Origin: an uncultured delta proteobacterium
GTDB taxonomy: Bacteria > Myxococcota > Myxococcia > Myxococcales > Myxococcaceae
Length of the DNA: 64,000 nt
Assembly: GCA_963771175.1 (NCBI GenBank)
Contig: CAVYSY010000002.1
Coordinates: 64,001 to 128,000 of the forward strand
Direction of reading: 5' to 3'
Shown: piece by piece, positions 1 through 15,600 of the stretch
How the letters are laid out: every line of letters starts with the position of its first letter
Numbering within the stretch: position 1 is the stretch's first letter
Program-made: the position numbers and the translations under genes
Notes under the pieces: model-generated
What the model was told of the DNA's origin: nothing
The model's database searches: none
Seen by the model: only the letters and a program-made list of their open reading frames with translations

Positions 1-626
1 CGGGCGGGCGGATGCGCGCGAGCTGGGCGGACTTCGCTCGGGCGTGGTTCACCGGACAGGTGCGCCGCGAGGAGCTCGAGCGGGAGCTGGCCGCGCAGGT
101 GTCACTCGCTCGGGCACTGGGCGTGGAGGTGGACCACCTGGACGCACACCAGCACCTGCACCTGCTCCCGGGCGTGCGCCCCCTGGTGGAGGCCCTGGCG
201 CGGCGGGAGGGGCGTGCCCCTGCGCTGGCCGGACCGGCTCCCCCGCGTCTCGTGGCTGCGAGCCCCCGGGCCGGCGGTGAAGACGTCGCTGCTCACCCTG
301 CTGGCCCGCGCCGCGCCGAAGCCGCTGGAGGGGGTGCGCCGGGTGAGCGCGGGTGGCGTCTTCGAGGCGGGCCAGCTCACCGAGGCCGCCCTGCTCTCGC
401 TGCTGAAATCGCTGCCTCCGGGAGACTTCGAGCTCGGCTGCCACCCGGGCGAGGGCACGCCCCCGGGTATCCGAGGACCCAGGGTGGACCTATGGCTGGC
501 AGTCCGAGCTGGAGGCCCTCACGAGTCCCCGGGTGCGGGCGCTCGCTCGAGGTGCTGGGCGTGGAGTTGACCACCTACGCCGCGCTGTCCGCGCCCGCGG
601 CCTCGGCGGTCGCCTCCGCCACGTAG
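1..626 (+). CDS. ChbG/HpnK (YdjC) family deacetylase, 3' part, frameshifted, runs off the window
   Basis: Motifs VDHLDAHQHLH and FELGCHPG, and C-terminal ELEALTSPRV, spread over three frames. Confidence 0.75.
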   Translation, partial: GGRMRASWADFARAWFTGQVRREELERELAAQVSLARALGVEVDHLDAHQHLHLLPGVRPLVEALARREGRAPALAGPAPPRLVAASPRAGGEDVAAHPAGPRRAEAAGGGAPGERGWRLRGGPAHRGRPALAAEIAASGRLRARLPPGRGHAPGYPRTQGGPMAGSPSWRPSRVPGCGRSLEVLGVELTTYAALSAPAASAVASAT

Positions 627-1266
627 AGGATGTGGGGCGTGGAGTAGCCCGCCCCCAGCTCCACCGTCTCGCGCGGGGCGAAGCCGGCCCGCCGCAGCAT
701 CGCCTCCATGGCGTCGCGAGGCTGGAGCACCAGCGCCCCCCCGGCCTTCGTCCGGCCGAGCAGCTTCACCATCACCACCTCCTGCGCGAGGCACTTGTAG
801 TGCTTCCAGGAGCCATCGCCCTCGGCCTCCTTCAGCAGGAGCCGCCCGCCCGGACGCAGCAGCCGCCGGGCCTCGGCGAGGAAGCCGGGCCAGCGCTCCG
901 CCGGGAGCAGGTAGAGGACGTCGCACACCACCACCGTGTCGAAGTGGCCCGGAAGGCGCTCGGCGAGCGACTCCACGGTGCCCACCTCGACCTTCACGTT
1001 GGGCAGGCGACCCGGGCCGGCCTGGGCCCACTCAATCTTCCGTGGGTCAGGATCGACCCCATGCACCTGGCGCGCGGGAGTCGCTCAGGGCGAGGAGGGC
1101 GGAGAGCAGCCCATGGCCGCAGCCCACATCGGCCACGGTGCCCCCAGCGGGGACGCGGGCGGCGACGGCCTCGAGCGGCGCGGAGAAGGCGCGGGCGTGG
1201 ACGTGGAAGCGCTCGCTCGGCGGGAGGCTGGGAGAAGAGCGCGAGGGCGGCGAGAGAGGGGAGCAT
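575..1266 (-). CDS. Class I SAM-dependent methyltransferase (frameshifted)
   Basis: VADVGCGHG motif I in one frame; GVDPD, FDTVVVCDVLY and LLRPGGRLLL in ORF 575..1066. Confidence 0.75.
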
Positions 1267-2404
1267 TCACGAGACGTAGTGGTCCAGCGCCGTAAGGCGG
1301 CGACGAGGAGGACGAGCAACACGGCGCTGGTGGCGAGCACGCCCTAGCGCACGCGCGGGTCGCTCGCGCAGCAGCAGCGCGAGGGTGAGGAAGAGCGGGA
1401 AGGCGGAGAGGAGGTAGCGCCCCATGCCCATGAAGTCCTTGCTGGACAGGTGGGCATGCCCGACCAAGCACGGCGCGTACACGCCGTAGCCCCAGCCGAG
1501 CCGCCGGACGGTGGGCCACACCAGCGCGAGCGCCCCCAGGGTCAGACAGGCGCGCGTGACCCACCAGCCGCAGCGCATCGTCTCCACGTTGGACCGGGGA
1601 GAAGACGGTCTTGAACCAGCGCAGCTTCAGCCAGGTGCGCCAGCCGGGCTCCTGTCCCACCCGCGGCGACTGCACCTCGACGAAGGCGAAGGGCTCGCCG
1701 AAGGCGTGCCGAGGTAGAGCATGTAGAGGACGAAGCCGAGCGCGGCGAGCACGGGCAGCGAAGTCGAACGCGGTCCAGCGCTCTCCCCGCTGGCGCTTCC
1801 ACTCGAGCCGGCGCACCAGCAGGCCGAGCACCACCGCGGGAGCCACCGGCCGCGCCGCCGTGGCCACCGCGCCGAGCAGCACCGCCGGCCCCAGGTGGCC
1901 CCGCTCGAGCAGGAGGAAGGCGCCCACCACCAGCAGGAGGAAGAGCGCGTCGGAGTACATCACCCCGTAGAGGAAGAAGGCGAAGGGGTAGAGGGCGAGC
2001 AGCAGCCCGGCGTGGAGCGCGCCGTCTCGTCCACCCGGAAGCGCGCCCAGCGCAGGAAGAGCAGGAGCGCGAGCGGCCACACAGCAGGGTGACGAGCACC
2101 CCGGCCTGGTACACGTCCAGGCCGAGCGCCTCGAGCGGCGCGGATGGCCAGCGGGTAGAGCGGGAAGAAGGCCACGGGCTCTGCTCGCCGGGCGTGTAGC
2201 GGTAGCCCTCGCTCGGCGATGCGCGTACCAGCCCGAGTCGCAGCCCACCCAGCCCATCAGCGACGTACTCGTCGAGCCGGAGCCACCGGGGCCTCGGGGC
2301 TCTTGTGGTGGAAGCGCCAGGCGCGAGCCACCGCCGACGACGGCACAGGCGAGGACGGCGGCCAGGGCGACGAGGGCGAGGGTGCGGGACGCGGAGCGGG
2401 GCAT
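1267..2404 (-). CDS. GT-C type membrane mannosyltransferase family protein (PIG-V-like), frameshifted
   Basis: DSGWY, AFFPLYPL, YSDALFLLL and GMGRYLLSAFPLF motifs in successive frames; many hydrophobic segments. Confidence 0.7.
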
Positions 2405-2550
2405 GGCGCCGGGGGCATCGTCCAGAAACGTGCCAGGGTCAAGCCCCGTGGGCAGCCGGTGCGACGGGGCCCCTGCCCCACCCACCTCACACGAGACTTT
2501 CCGCCCCGCCACCGTTCACCGACAATGCCGCTTCCCCACCAGGAGAGAGC

Positions 2551-4490
<1,940 letters not shown>

Positions 4491-4504
4491 CACGGGTGGA
4501 GAAC

Positions 4505-4530
4505 AGGGGGCTCCAGGAGAGGAGCCCCCT
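4505..4530. terminator. Hairpin between convergent hydrolase and fadJ genes
   Basis: AGGGGGCTCC-N6-GGAGCCCCCT perfect 10-bp stem; no clear U tract. Confidence 0.45.
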
Positions 4531-4545
4531 GCCCTTCCGGCGTGA

Positions 4546-6787
4546 CTACCGCGAGTAGAACGTCTTGCCCGCCTTCACCATGTCCACCAGGTACGGCGCG
4601 GGAGTGAAGCGCTCACCGTACTTGTCCTGGAAGTGCTCCAGGCGGCGCAGCAACTCGGCGGGGCCGAGGCTGTCCGCGTAGCGGAAGGGGCCCCCGAGGA
4701 ACGGAGGGAAGCCCAGGCCGAAGATGGCGCCCACGTCGCCGTCGCGCGCGCTGCGGAGGATGCCCTCACCCAGGCAGCGCACGGCCTCGTTCACCATCTG
4801 GAGGGCGCACCGCTCGGCCATCTCGCGCGCATCGAGGTGCTTGCGGTTCTTCCCGTGCGGCAGGAGCTCGTAGACGGAGACGTCCACCTCCTTCTTCTTC
4901 TTGCCGTCGTAGGTGTAGAAGCCCTTCTTGTTCTTGCGACCCTGGCGGCCCTCGGACACCACCTTCTCCAGGGCCTCGGGCGCGGCCATGCGCTTGCCGA
5001 AGGCGGCCTCCATGATGGGGCCCACCTTCTGGGCCACGTCGATGCCCACCTCGTCCAGCAGGGTGATGGGGCCCACCGGGAAACCGAAGTCGACGAGCGC
5101 CTTGTCCAGCTCGGCGATGTCGGCGCCATCGGCCAGCAGGTGCGCGGCCTCGTTCATGTACGGCGCGAGGATGCGCGAGGTGTAGAAGCCCGGCCCGTCG
5201 TTGACGACGATGACCGTCTTGCCCTGCTTCTTGCCCATCTCCACGCAGGTGGCCGTCACCCAGTCGGCGGTGCCCTTGTGGGTGATGATCTCCAGCAGCG
5301 GCATCTTGTTCACCGGGCTGAAGTAATGCATGCCGATGACCTGCGCGGGCCGCTTGGAGCCCTTGGCCAGCTCGGTGATGGGGATGCTGGAGGTGTTGGA
5401 GGCGAAGATGCAGTTCTCGCCGGTGATGGCCTCCACCTCGCCGATGATGCGGTGCTTGAGGGACAGGTCCTCGAAGACGGCCTCGATGACCACGTCCACG
5501 TTCTTGAAGCCCTCGTAGTCGGTGCCACCGGTGACGAGCGCCATCTTCGCGGCCGCCTCGCGCCACGTGAGCGAGCGCCTCTTCACCCGCTCGTCGAAGA
5601 TGCCCTGCACCTGCTTGAGGGCGCGGCCCACGCCCGCGTCGTCCTTGTCCTTGATGCGCACCGGCACGCCCTGCAGCGCCGCGGTGACGTAGGCGATGCC
5701 GCCGCCCATCAGGCCGCCGCCGAGCACGCCCACCTTCTTCACCTCGCGCGGCTTCACGTCCGCGTTGGCCGTGCCGTTCTCCTTCTTGAGCGCGGTGGTG
5801 GCGAAGAAGATCTCCACCAGTCGCTTGGAGACGTCGGACACCACCAGCTCGCCGAAGAAGCGGGCCTCGGCCTCCAGACCCGCCGCGCGGCCGGACTCCA
5901 GGCCGATGCGGATGGCCTCGAGCGCCCGCTCCGGCGCCGGGTACTTGCCGCGCGTCTTCTTCAGGAGCTGCTTGCGCGCCTGATCGAAGAGGATCTTGCG
6001 GCCCAGCGGGTTGTCCTCGAGCGCGAGCTCGGTCCACATCTCCTTGTTGGCCAGCCCGAGGAGCAGCCCACCCAGGCCCCCCTTCCTGCCCTGCTGCGCC
6101 ACGCCCTTGAGGCCCTGGCCGCGGGGACGCTCCACCTTCAGCATGCCCTCGGCCAGCTCGCGGGCGCGCCGCACGGCCACCTCCGGAGGATGGGCACGGG
6201 CACCACCTCGTCCACCAGGCCCAGCTTCTTCGCCTTGGAGGGCTTCACGTTCTTGCCGGTGAGGATGAGGTCCAGCGCGGCCTGCGCGCCGATGAGCGCC
6301 GGCAGCCGCTGCGTGCCGCCCGCGCCGGGGATGAGGCCGAGCTGCACCTCGGGCAGGCCGAGCGTCGTCTTCGGGCTGTCGGTGGCGATGCGGTAGTCGC
6401 AGGCCAGCGCCCACTCCAGGCCGCCGCCCAGGCACGCGCCGTGGATGGCCGCCACCACCGGCTTGGGGAACGCGTCGAGCCGGTCGAAGCCCTGCTGCCC
6501 CTGGCGCGACGCCGCGCTGGCGTCCGCGGCCGTCTTGATGGCCTGAAGGGCATCGATCTTCGCGCCGGCGACGAAGTTGTCCTTCTTGCCGGAGATGAAG
6601 ACGACCGCCTTCACCGCGGGGTCCTTCTCCGCTCGGGAGAGCAGCGTCGCGAACATCTCGCCCGAGCCGGGGAGAGCGTGTTCACCGACTCGCCCGGCTG
6701 ATCGAACGTGAGGACCGCGACGTTGTCCTCGACCTGGTAGGTGAAGCCCTGCTTCGCCTCGAGCTCCTGAGCCATCATGGCAGCCAT
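4546..6787 (-). CDS. fadJ: Fatty acid oxidation complex subunit alpha (enoyl-CoA hydratase / 3-hydroxyacyl-CoA dehydrogenase), frameshifted
   Basis: GACLGGGLE, GLPEVQLGLIPGAGGTQRL, GGGLMGGGIA, ASNTSSIPI, GMHYFSP and GAIFGLGFPPF; coupled to fadI. Confidence 0.9.
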
Positions 6788-8102
6788 CACGCACGCTCCA
6801 GGACCACCGCGGCACCGAGGCCACCGGCGGCGCAGACGGTGCACAGCACCGTGTTCTTGTTCTGACGCTTCAGCTCGTGCAGCGCCTGGGTGACGATGCG
6901 CGCCCCGGTGGCCCCGAAGGGGTGACCGAGGGAGATGGAGCCACCCGTACACGTTGAGGCGCGTCGCGATCCACCTCGCCCACCGGAGCGCTCCAGCCCG
7001 CCTTCTGGGCGAACTGCTTGGAGGCGAACGCCTGGAGGTTGCTGGCCACCTGGGCGGCGAACGCCTCGTGCATCTCCACGAGGTCGATGTCCGCAGAGCT
7101 TCATCCCCGCGCGCTGCGAGCGCGATGGGCGCCGCGTAGGCCGGGCCCTGGAGGAGCTGCTCGGCCGGATCGGTGGCGGCGTAGGCGTGGGAGCGCAGGT
7201 AGCCGAGCGGCTCGCAGCCCGAGCGCCTTCGCCCTCTCCTCGCTCATCAGCAGCAGCGCGGCGGCACCGTCGGTGAGCGGCGAGGCGTTGCCGGCGGTGA
7301 TGGTGCCGTACTTGCGATCGAAGACCGGGCTTGAGCTGGCGAGAGCGCCTCCAGCGTGGTGTCCTCGCGGACGATGTTGTCCTTCTGCGACACCTGCTCG
7401 TACTTGGGCGGCACCACGACGTGCATCACCTGCGCGTCGAAGAAGCCGTCCTTCCAGGCTCGCGCCGCGTTCTGGTGCGAGGCGAGCGCGATGCGCGTCC
7501 TGCTCCTCGCGGGAGATGCCGTTCTCCTTGGCCATCTTCTCCGCGCTCTCGCCCATGGTCATGGCCGGTGGAGTACTCGGCGATGGCCGGGGGCACGGGG
7601 AGCAGATCCCGCGCCTTGAGCGACTGGAAGGGCTTGAGCTTCTCCGGGAACGTCTGCGGCCCTTGGAGGCGGCCACCAGCGCGTGGGCCAGCGGGCGGCT
7701 GGTGAAGATGGGGGCGTCGGACATGGACTCGGTGCCGCCGGCGATGACCACGTCCGCCTCGCCCAGCGCGATGGCATTGGCCGCGTCGGTCATCGCCTGG
7801 ATGGAGGTGGCGCAGGCACGCGACACGGTGAAGGCCTCGATCTTCCGCGGCAGCCCCGCCGCCAGCACCACCTCGCGCGCGATGGACGGCGCGGTGAGCG
7901 TGGGGATGACCTGGCCGAAGACCACCTGGTCGATCTCCTGCGGATCGATCTCCGCGCGCTGCACCAGCTCCTGGACCACCATGCGGCCCAGGTCGAGCGC
8001 GGTGAGTTTCGCGAAGTCGGTCCCCGCCTTCACGAACGGCGTCCGCAACCCATGCACGATGGCCACCCGACGGTGGCCGTTTCGCTGCTTCTCGCGTGCC
8101 AT
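6787..8102 (-). CDS. fadI: Acetyl-CoA C-acyltransferase (thiolase), frameshifted
   Basis: [16 protein letters not shown] (catalytic Cys), [35 protein letters not shown] and CAAGGLG. Confidence 0.9.
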
Positions 8103-8225
8103 GTGTGCCTCACCTTCCTGCTAGATGAGGCGCATCTAATGACCCGTAGCGCATCGCGTCAACGGGGGATTGACTCCGGAATCAACGGAGCGAACGGTTC
8201 GCGCCGCCCTGCCTGGGAGGCGAGG

Positions 8226-8795
8226 TCAGGGAGCCGCGCCCGGCTGTTGAGCAGCCGACTTTTCGAGGAGGAACTCCTCCAGCGGGCGGAGCTCCGGGGC
8301 GACCCACAGCGAGGACGCGTCGAGCTGCTCGAGCCGCTGAACCAGTACCTCGGGGAAGGGCTGCTCCCCCGCCTGGGCGAACAGCTCGGCGAGCACCCGG
8401 TTGGGCTCGTAGCGACCTCGGATGAGCTGTTCGAAGGAGGGGTTCACCGGCACCACCGAGCGCAGCAAGTGCTCGTCCCGGAAGAGGAGCACCGCGATCT
8501 CGGGCATGATCGACAAGACCCGCCATTCGTTTGGGGAGGCGAACTGCTCCAAGAGCAGTTGCACCCAGCCCTCCTGCTCCGCCACCAGGTCGGGCGAGAG
8601 CGTATGCGCATCGCGCACCACGACCACGGGTCCTCTCCGCCGGAAGAGAATGTCCCGTGCCAACCTCGAGGCTCCGCCATTGCTCTGAGCCGCCTGAATC
8701 TGGATCCCCCGACCGCTCAAGCGGGGATGACCATTCACCAAGCGTCTCATGAGCTTTCCAGCCACGAGTCCCGAAGTCACGATGAACGCACTCAT
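8226..8795 (-). CDS. Hypothetical protein, coupled to the upstream nuclease gene
   Basis: 189-aa ORF whose ATG overlaps the stop of the 8795..9376 ORF. Confidence 0.6.
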   Translation of the reverse strand: MSAFIVTSGLVAGKLMRRLVNGHPRLSGRGIQIQAAQSNGGASRLARDILFRRRGPVVVVRDAHTLSPDLVAEQEGWVQLLLEQFASPNEWRVLSIMPEIAVLLFRDEHLLRSVVPVNPSFEQLIRGRYEPNRVLAELFAQAGEQPFPEVLVQRLEQLDASSLWVAPELRPLEEFLLEKSAAQQPGAAP

Positions 8796-9376
8796 CAGAG
8801 GTCACTCCCCTTCACCAATTTCAGATCGACGAATCCCGTCTCCACCGCGTGCCGTAGCTTCATCCTCATGCCTTCGAGGAGCCGCTGTCCTCGGAGGGCC
8901 AGATCGATCTCCGCCCCCTCCCACAGCAGCACATCTGGCGGAGGCAGCATCTCCACCAGCGTGAACGCGGCCTCCGAGACCTCACCCGTGCAGAACAGCG
9001 CTCCAAGGGTGGTACGCGGTCGACGAAGGATCTGCGACTTCAGCTTGACGATGGCAATGGTCTCTACCGGTCTGGTTACGTCTTTGCACTCTACCAGACA
9101 GGACACCCCATCGAAATAGACCACTCCATCGATCTGCTCCAGGAGCACACCCTTCCGGTAGACCCGGTACGGCCAGGTCACCTCGGCGCCTTCCAACTGG
9201 AAGGCCCTCAGGATGAGGTACTCCAGCAGCACACCGGGGGGCCACTCGACGGGCATGACGCCCACCCGAAGGCCACTCCACAGCGCCACCAGCTCTTCAT
9301 GTCCGAGCGCGAGTACCCTGCGCTGGTACTCGCCGCTCCTGCCCTCGTCCGTCACGGCCCCCGTCCCCTTCCCCAA
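8795..9376 (-). CDS. Mrr-like PD-(D/E)XK restriction endonuclease family protein (start uncertain)
   Basis: LEYLILRAF...EQIDG...LVECKD catalytic pattern. Confidence 0.65.
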   Translation of the reverse strand: MGKGTGAVTDEGRSGEYQRRVLALGHEELVALWSGLRVGVMPVEWPPGVLLEYLILRAFQLEGAEVTWPYRVYRKGVLLEQIDGVVYFDGVSCLVECKDVTRPVETIAIVKLKSQILRRPRTTLGALFCTGEVSEAAFTLVEMLPPPDVLLWEGAEIDLALRGQRLLEGMRMKLRHAVETGFVDLKLVKGSDL

Positions 9377-9438
9377 CCCTCCACACCACCCTACCGGGAG
9401 CCTCTGACATCCCCGGCTGACTCACGGGGTTGATGTCA

Positions 9439-10483
9439 TCAGGCGCCCTGGCGGAGCGCGAAGCCGTGCTTGTGGACGGCATCCACCATGAACTTCGCGG
9501 CGTCCGGATCCGTGGGCGGGAGGATGCCGTGGCCCAGGTTGAAGATGTGCCCCACCGGGCCGGCGCGGCGGAGGATGTCCACCACGCGCTGCTCCAGCTC
9601 CTCGTGCGGCAGGAAGAGGTGCGAGCGGATCCAGGTTGCCCTGCACCGCCACGTCGGGGCCGAGGATGCGCCGGGCCTCGTCGATCTGCGATGCGCCAGT
9701 CCAGGCCGATGACGTCCGCCCCCGTGCGCTTGAGCAGCGGCAGGTGGGTGGACATGCCGGTGCCGAAGACGATGACGGGCACGCCCTTGGCCTGCACCGC
9801 CTTCACCATCCGCGTGAGGTACGGAATGCTGAAGCGCTCGAAGTCCGCAGGGCGACAGCTCACCGCCCCACGAGTCGAAGATCTGCACGATGCTCGCGCC
9901 GGCCTCCACCTGCATCTCGCAGGTAGGGGATGAGCGTGTTCGGTGAGCTTCTCGAAGAGGGTGTGGGCCAGCTTCGGCTGCTCGAAGAGGAGCCGCTTGA
10001 TGAGGATGTAGCTCTTGGAGCCGCCGCCCTCGACCATGTACGCGGCGAGGGTGAAGGGCGCGCCGGAGAAGCCGATGACGGGCACCGAGTCGTTGAGCGC
10101 CGCGCCGGGTGCGGCGGATGGCCTCGGCGACGAAGCCGGTGCCCTCGACGGGGTCGGGCACGCCCAGAGCGCTCGATGTCGGCGGCGGTGCGGACGGGAT
10201 TGGGGAAGTGCGGCCCCTTGTCACCGAGCTCCAGCTCGATGCCCATCGCCTCCACGGGGATGAGGATGTCCGAGAAGATGATGGCGGCATCCACGCCCAG
10301 CCGGGTGACGGGCTGGACCGTCACCTCGGCGGCGAGGTCCGGGTTCTTGCACAGGTCGAGGAAGCCGATGGTGTCGCGAATGGCTCGGTACTCGGGGAGG
10401 TAGCGGCCGGCCTGACGCATGAGCCACACGGGCGTGGTGTCGGTGGGCTGGCGGCGGGCGGCGCGGAGGAGGCGGTCGTTCAA
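9439..10483 (-). CDS. hemE: Uroporphyrinogen decarboxylase, frameshifted
   Basis: [57 protein letters not shown] and [12 protein letters not shown] start. Confidence 0.95.
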
Positions 10484-10677
10484 GGGATGGGCTCCGTGAG
10501 TGCCCCCTCTCGGAGAGGGCTGCGGTGGGGGTTGTGTCCGGTGGAGTCGTCCGGGTCAACGTTCTTTCCTCCGCCCCTCTGTGCTCGCCCGGGGCGGCCC
10601 GCGCACCGGACTCCGGGCAACCGAGCGGCACGCACTGGGAAGCGTGGCGAAATGCCCGCGTCCCCGCAAACGTATGC

Positions 10678-10706
10678 TTGACAGTGATGGATGTGGCCGA
10701 TACAAG
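10678..10706 (+). promoter_or_regulatory. sigma-70-type promoter of the tRNA operon
   Basis: TTGACA-N17-TACAAG followed by a GC-rich discriminator, about 35 bp upstream of tRNA-Val. Confidence 0.6.
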
Positions 10707-10739
10707 GCCGCCCCGTCGCAACGCGGTGACGCAAGCGAG

Positions 10740-10811
10740 GGGCGGATAGCTCAGCGGTAGAGCGTCGCCCTTACAAGGCGAGGGTCACAGGTTCAATCCC
10801 TGTTCCGCCCA
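10740..10811 (+). tRNA. tRNA-Val(TAC)
   Basis: Acceptor stem GGGCGGA/TCCGCCC, anticodon arm TCGCC-CTTACAA-GGCGA, T loop GGTTCAATCC; CCA not encoded. Confidence 0.97.
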
Positions 10812-10846
10812 AGCAGCAGTCGTGGTAGAGGCAAGAGCAGTGTCGT

Positions 10847-10923
<77 letters not shown>

Positions 10924-10926
10924 ATA

Positions 10927-10966
10927 GAAGGGCCCGGAATCGCAAGGTTCCGGGCCCTTCGTCTTT
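10927..10966 (+). terminator. Intrinsic terminator after tRNA-Asp
   Basis: GAAGGGCCCGGAA / TTCCGGGCCCTTC stem followed by GTCTTT. Confidence 0.75.
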
Positions 10967-10980
10967 CCTCACCCACCTGT

Positions 10981-11050
10981 CTTACGTCCACCACGAATCT
11001 CCTGCGCAGCAGCTCTGCCCAGTCCACTCGCGGCGTCCCCTCCCTCATCG
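10981..11050 (-). mobile_element. Short remnant resembling the C-terminal region of IS91-family transposases
   Basis: Minus strand reads REGTPRVDWAELLRRRFVVDV, recalling the W-x-x-LL-R-R-x-F-x-x-DV segment of IS91-like transposases; no other transposase parts seen. Confidence 0.4.
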
Positions 11051-11203
11051 CCGGGTCGGCCGAGTCAGGCCTCCACCGGAGGAGGCACGCGACGCGCGGT
11101 GAGCGCGGCCCCCGCGGACGAAGCATGAGAAGGATGGGAGGCCGATTGACGGCGAGGGCTGGAGCGGAGGGGCCGAGGAGAGCCGCTGACGGGGCCGCCC
11201 CGC

Positions 11204-12469
<1,266 letters not shown>

Positions 12470-12625
12470 GGATGGCACGAGACGCTCTATTGGAGCCAGC
12501 TGGATTGCTCGTTCCGTGCACCTCCGTAGCACAGGCGTCAAGTACGTAAAATCCGCGCTGCCTGGCCCTATTTCCGGGCACCACGTGGACCTCGAAGCAT
12601 AAGGCGGTGCTATCACTCCATCGCC

Positions 12626-15600
12626 ATGTCCCAGTCTCCCGCCCCCCTGTTCGCCACGGTCCCCAACGAGCTCGACTTCCCGGGCGACGAGCGCCGCATC
12701 CTCGCCTTCTGGAAGGAGCGCCGCATCTTCGAGAAGACGCTCGCAGGGCCGCGACGAGCGCTCCCACCTTCGTCTTCTACGAGGGCCCGCCCACCGCCAA
12801 CGGCATGCCGCACAACGGCCACGTGCTCACGCGCGTCATCAAGGACGTCTTCCCCCGCTACAAGACGATGCGCGGCTACGACGTCCCCCGCAAGGCGGGC
12901 TGGGACACGCACGGCCTGCCCGTCGAGGTCGAGGTCGAGAAGGAGCTGCGCATCCACGGCAAGGCCGAGATCGAGCGCTACGGCGTCGAGCCCTTCACCG
13001 AGCGCTGCATCGAGTCCGTCTTCCGCTACACCGAGGAGTGGGAGACGCTCACCGAGCGCGATCGGCTTCTGGGTCGACCTCGCCGACGCCTACGTCACCT
13101 ACCACCGCAGCTACGTCGAGAGCGTCTGGTGGGCGCTCTCCGAGCTGTTCAAGCAAGGGCCTGCTCTACCGCGGCCACAAGGTCGTCTGGTGGTGGCCGC
13201 AGGGCGGCACCGCGCTCGCGCGGCCGAGGTCGGCCTGGGCTACAAGACCGTCGACGACCCCAGCGTCTTCGTCGCCTTCCCGCTGCGCGACGCGCCCGAC
13301 ACCGCGCTCCTCGTCTGGACGACGACGCCGTGGACGCTGCCCGTCGAACATGTACGCCGCGGTGCAAGCCCGACGTTCGACTACGTCACCGTGGACGCCG
13401 GCGAGCGCAAGCTCATCGTCGCCGCGGCGCTGCGCGAGGCGCTCGCGCAAGAAGCTCAAGCAGGAGCTGCCCGTCGCTGGCCACGCCGCAAGGGCAGCGA
13501 GCTCGTCGGCCGGCGCTACACGCCGCCCTTCGACGTGTATGCCCGGCGCGTGGGCGACACGGAGCTGCCGCTCGCGAACGGCGGCACGGACGCGCCCGCC
13601 TGGCGCGTGATCGCCGCGGACTTCGTCACGCTCGACAGCGGCACCGGCATCGTCCACATCGCGCCCGCCTTCGGCGAGGACGACTTCGAGGCCTTCCGCC
13701 GCGAGCGCACGCGCTTCGCCAGCCCGAGGCCGCTCGACGCTGTTCTGCGCGGTGCAGCCCGACGGCACCTTCGTCCGAGCGACGTGCCCCAGCTCGCCGG
13801 CCGCTTCGTGAAGGACGCCGACAAGGACCTCCAGCGCGAGCTCAAGGAGCGCGGGCTGCTCGTGCACGCCGAGCAGTACCGCCACGAGTACCCGTTCTGC
13901 TGGCGCGCCGACGACGACCCGCTGATCCAGTTCGCGCGGCCCGCCTGGTACATCCGCACGACCGTCCGTCAAGGACAAGGCGCATCGCGAACAACCGCGC
14001 GGTCCACTGGCTGCCCGAGCACATCAAGGAGGGCCGCTTCGGCGACTTCCTCGCGCAACAACGTCGACTGGGCGCTCTCGCGCGAGCGCTACTGGGGCAC
14101 GCCGCTCAACGTCTGGGTGAACGACGAGACGGGCGAGATGGAGGCCGTCGCCTCGCTCCGGCGCTGCGCGAGATCCGCGGCGCAACCCGCCGCGCGTTCG
14201 AGCCGAGCTTCGAGCCGCCGCGCCAGCAAGCCGACCCGACGCCTGCACCGAGCACCTCATCGTCCACAAGCCGTGGATCGACGAGGTCACCTTCGACGAA
14301 GCCCGGCGAGCCCGGCGCGCTATCGCGCGCGTGCCCGAGGTGATCGACTGCTGGTTCGACTCGGGCTGCATGCCGTTCGCGCAGTGGGGCTTCCCGCACG
14401 CGCCGGGCTCGCGAGGAGCTTCGACCAGCGCCTTCCCGGCCGACTTCATCACCGAGGCGATCGATCAGACGCGCGGCTGGTTCTACTCGCTGCTCATGAT
14501 CTCGACGCTCGTCTTCGACGAGGAGACGCAGAAGCGCATCGGCCTCGTCGCCGCACGCGCGGCTGGCCGCACCCGTACAAGACGCTGCATCGTGCTCGGC
14601 CACGTCTGCGACAGCGAGGGCAAGAAGGAGTCGCAAGTCGAAGGGCAACTACACGCCGCCCGAGGTCATCCTCGACGAGGTGCGGATGGAGTTCGCCGTG
14701 CTCGACGACACGCGAAGGCGCGGCGCGCCCGGCGAGGCCGGCGTCGCGCTCATCGCGCGCGAGGACTACGAGGGCCTCGACCTCGCAGGAGGGCGCGAAG
14801 GTGCGCGTCTTCCGCGCCGGACCGCGCCGGACGAGGCCGTCACCGCTCGACGCGTGAAGGCGCACAAGAAGCTCCCGCGCCGCGTGGTCGCTGCTCGCGC
14901 GACGACGGAGCTGCAGGCGCTCGGGCGTGGCGCCGTCGGCGCGCGGCGCGGACGTGATGCCGGTCGAGGTGCCCCGGCTGGCTCCCGACCGAGCGCGTCG
15001 TGCGTCGAGGACCCGACCACGCCGCGCGCCCGGCGCCGACGCGTTCCGCTGGTTCTTCTACGCGTCGAGCCCCGCCGTGGACCAACACGCGCCACTCGCT
15101 GCGCGAACGTGCGCGCGCCTGCAGAAGGAGCTTCCGGTCAAGCTGCGCAACGTCTACTCGTTCTTCACCATCTACGCGAACATCGACGGCTTCTACGCCG
15201 GCCGCGGGCAACCCGGACGCCACGCGACGTGCCCTGGCGGCCATCCGCCGGAGCACGGGCTGGCGCGAGCCGAAGCAGCGCACGCTGCTCGACCGCTGGA
15301 TCCTCTCCGAGCTCGCGCTCGCGACGCGCGACGTGACCCGGGCGCTCGACGCCTACCAGCTCTACGACGCGGCCCAGCGGCTGGTCGCGCTCGTCGACGC
15401 GCTCTCCAACTGGTACGTGCGCCGCAGCCGCGCGCGCTTCTGGGCGCCCGGGGCCTGCGAGCAGGACAAGCGCGACGCGTACTTCACGCTCTACGAGGCG
15501 CTCGTCACGCTCGCCAAGCTGATCGGCGCCCTTCACGCCCTTCTTCGCCGAGGAGATGTGGCAGAACCTCGTGCGCCGGCCCGTGGCCCGCGACGCAGCC

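Noticed and set aside
10484..10680. Riboswitch or sRNA between hemE and the tRNAs
   Set aside because: Only generic GC-rich hairpins and divergent promoter-like hexamers; no recognisable RNA family motif
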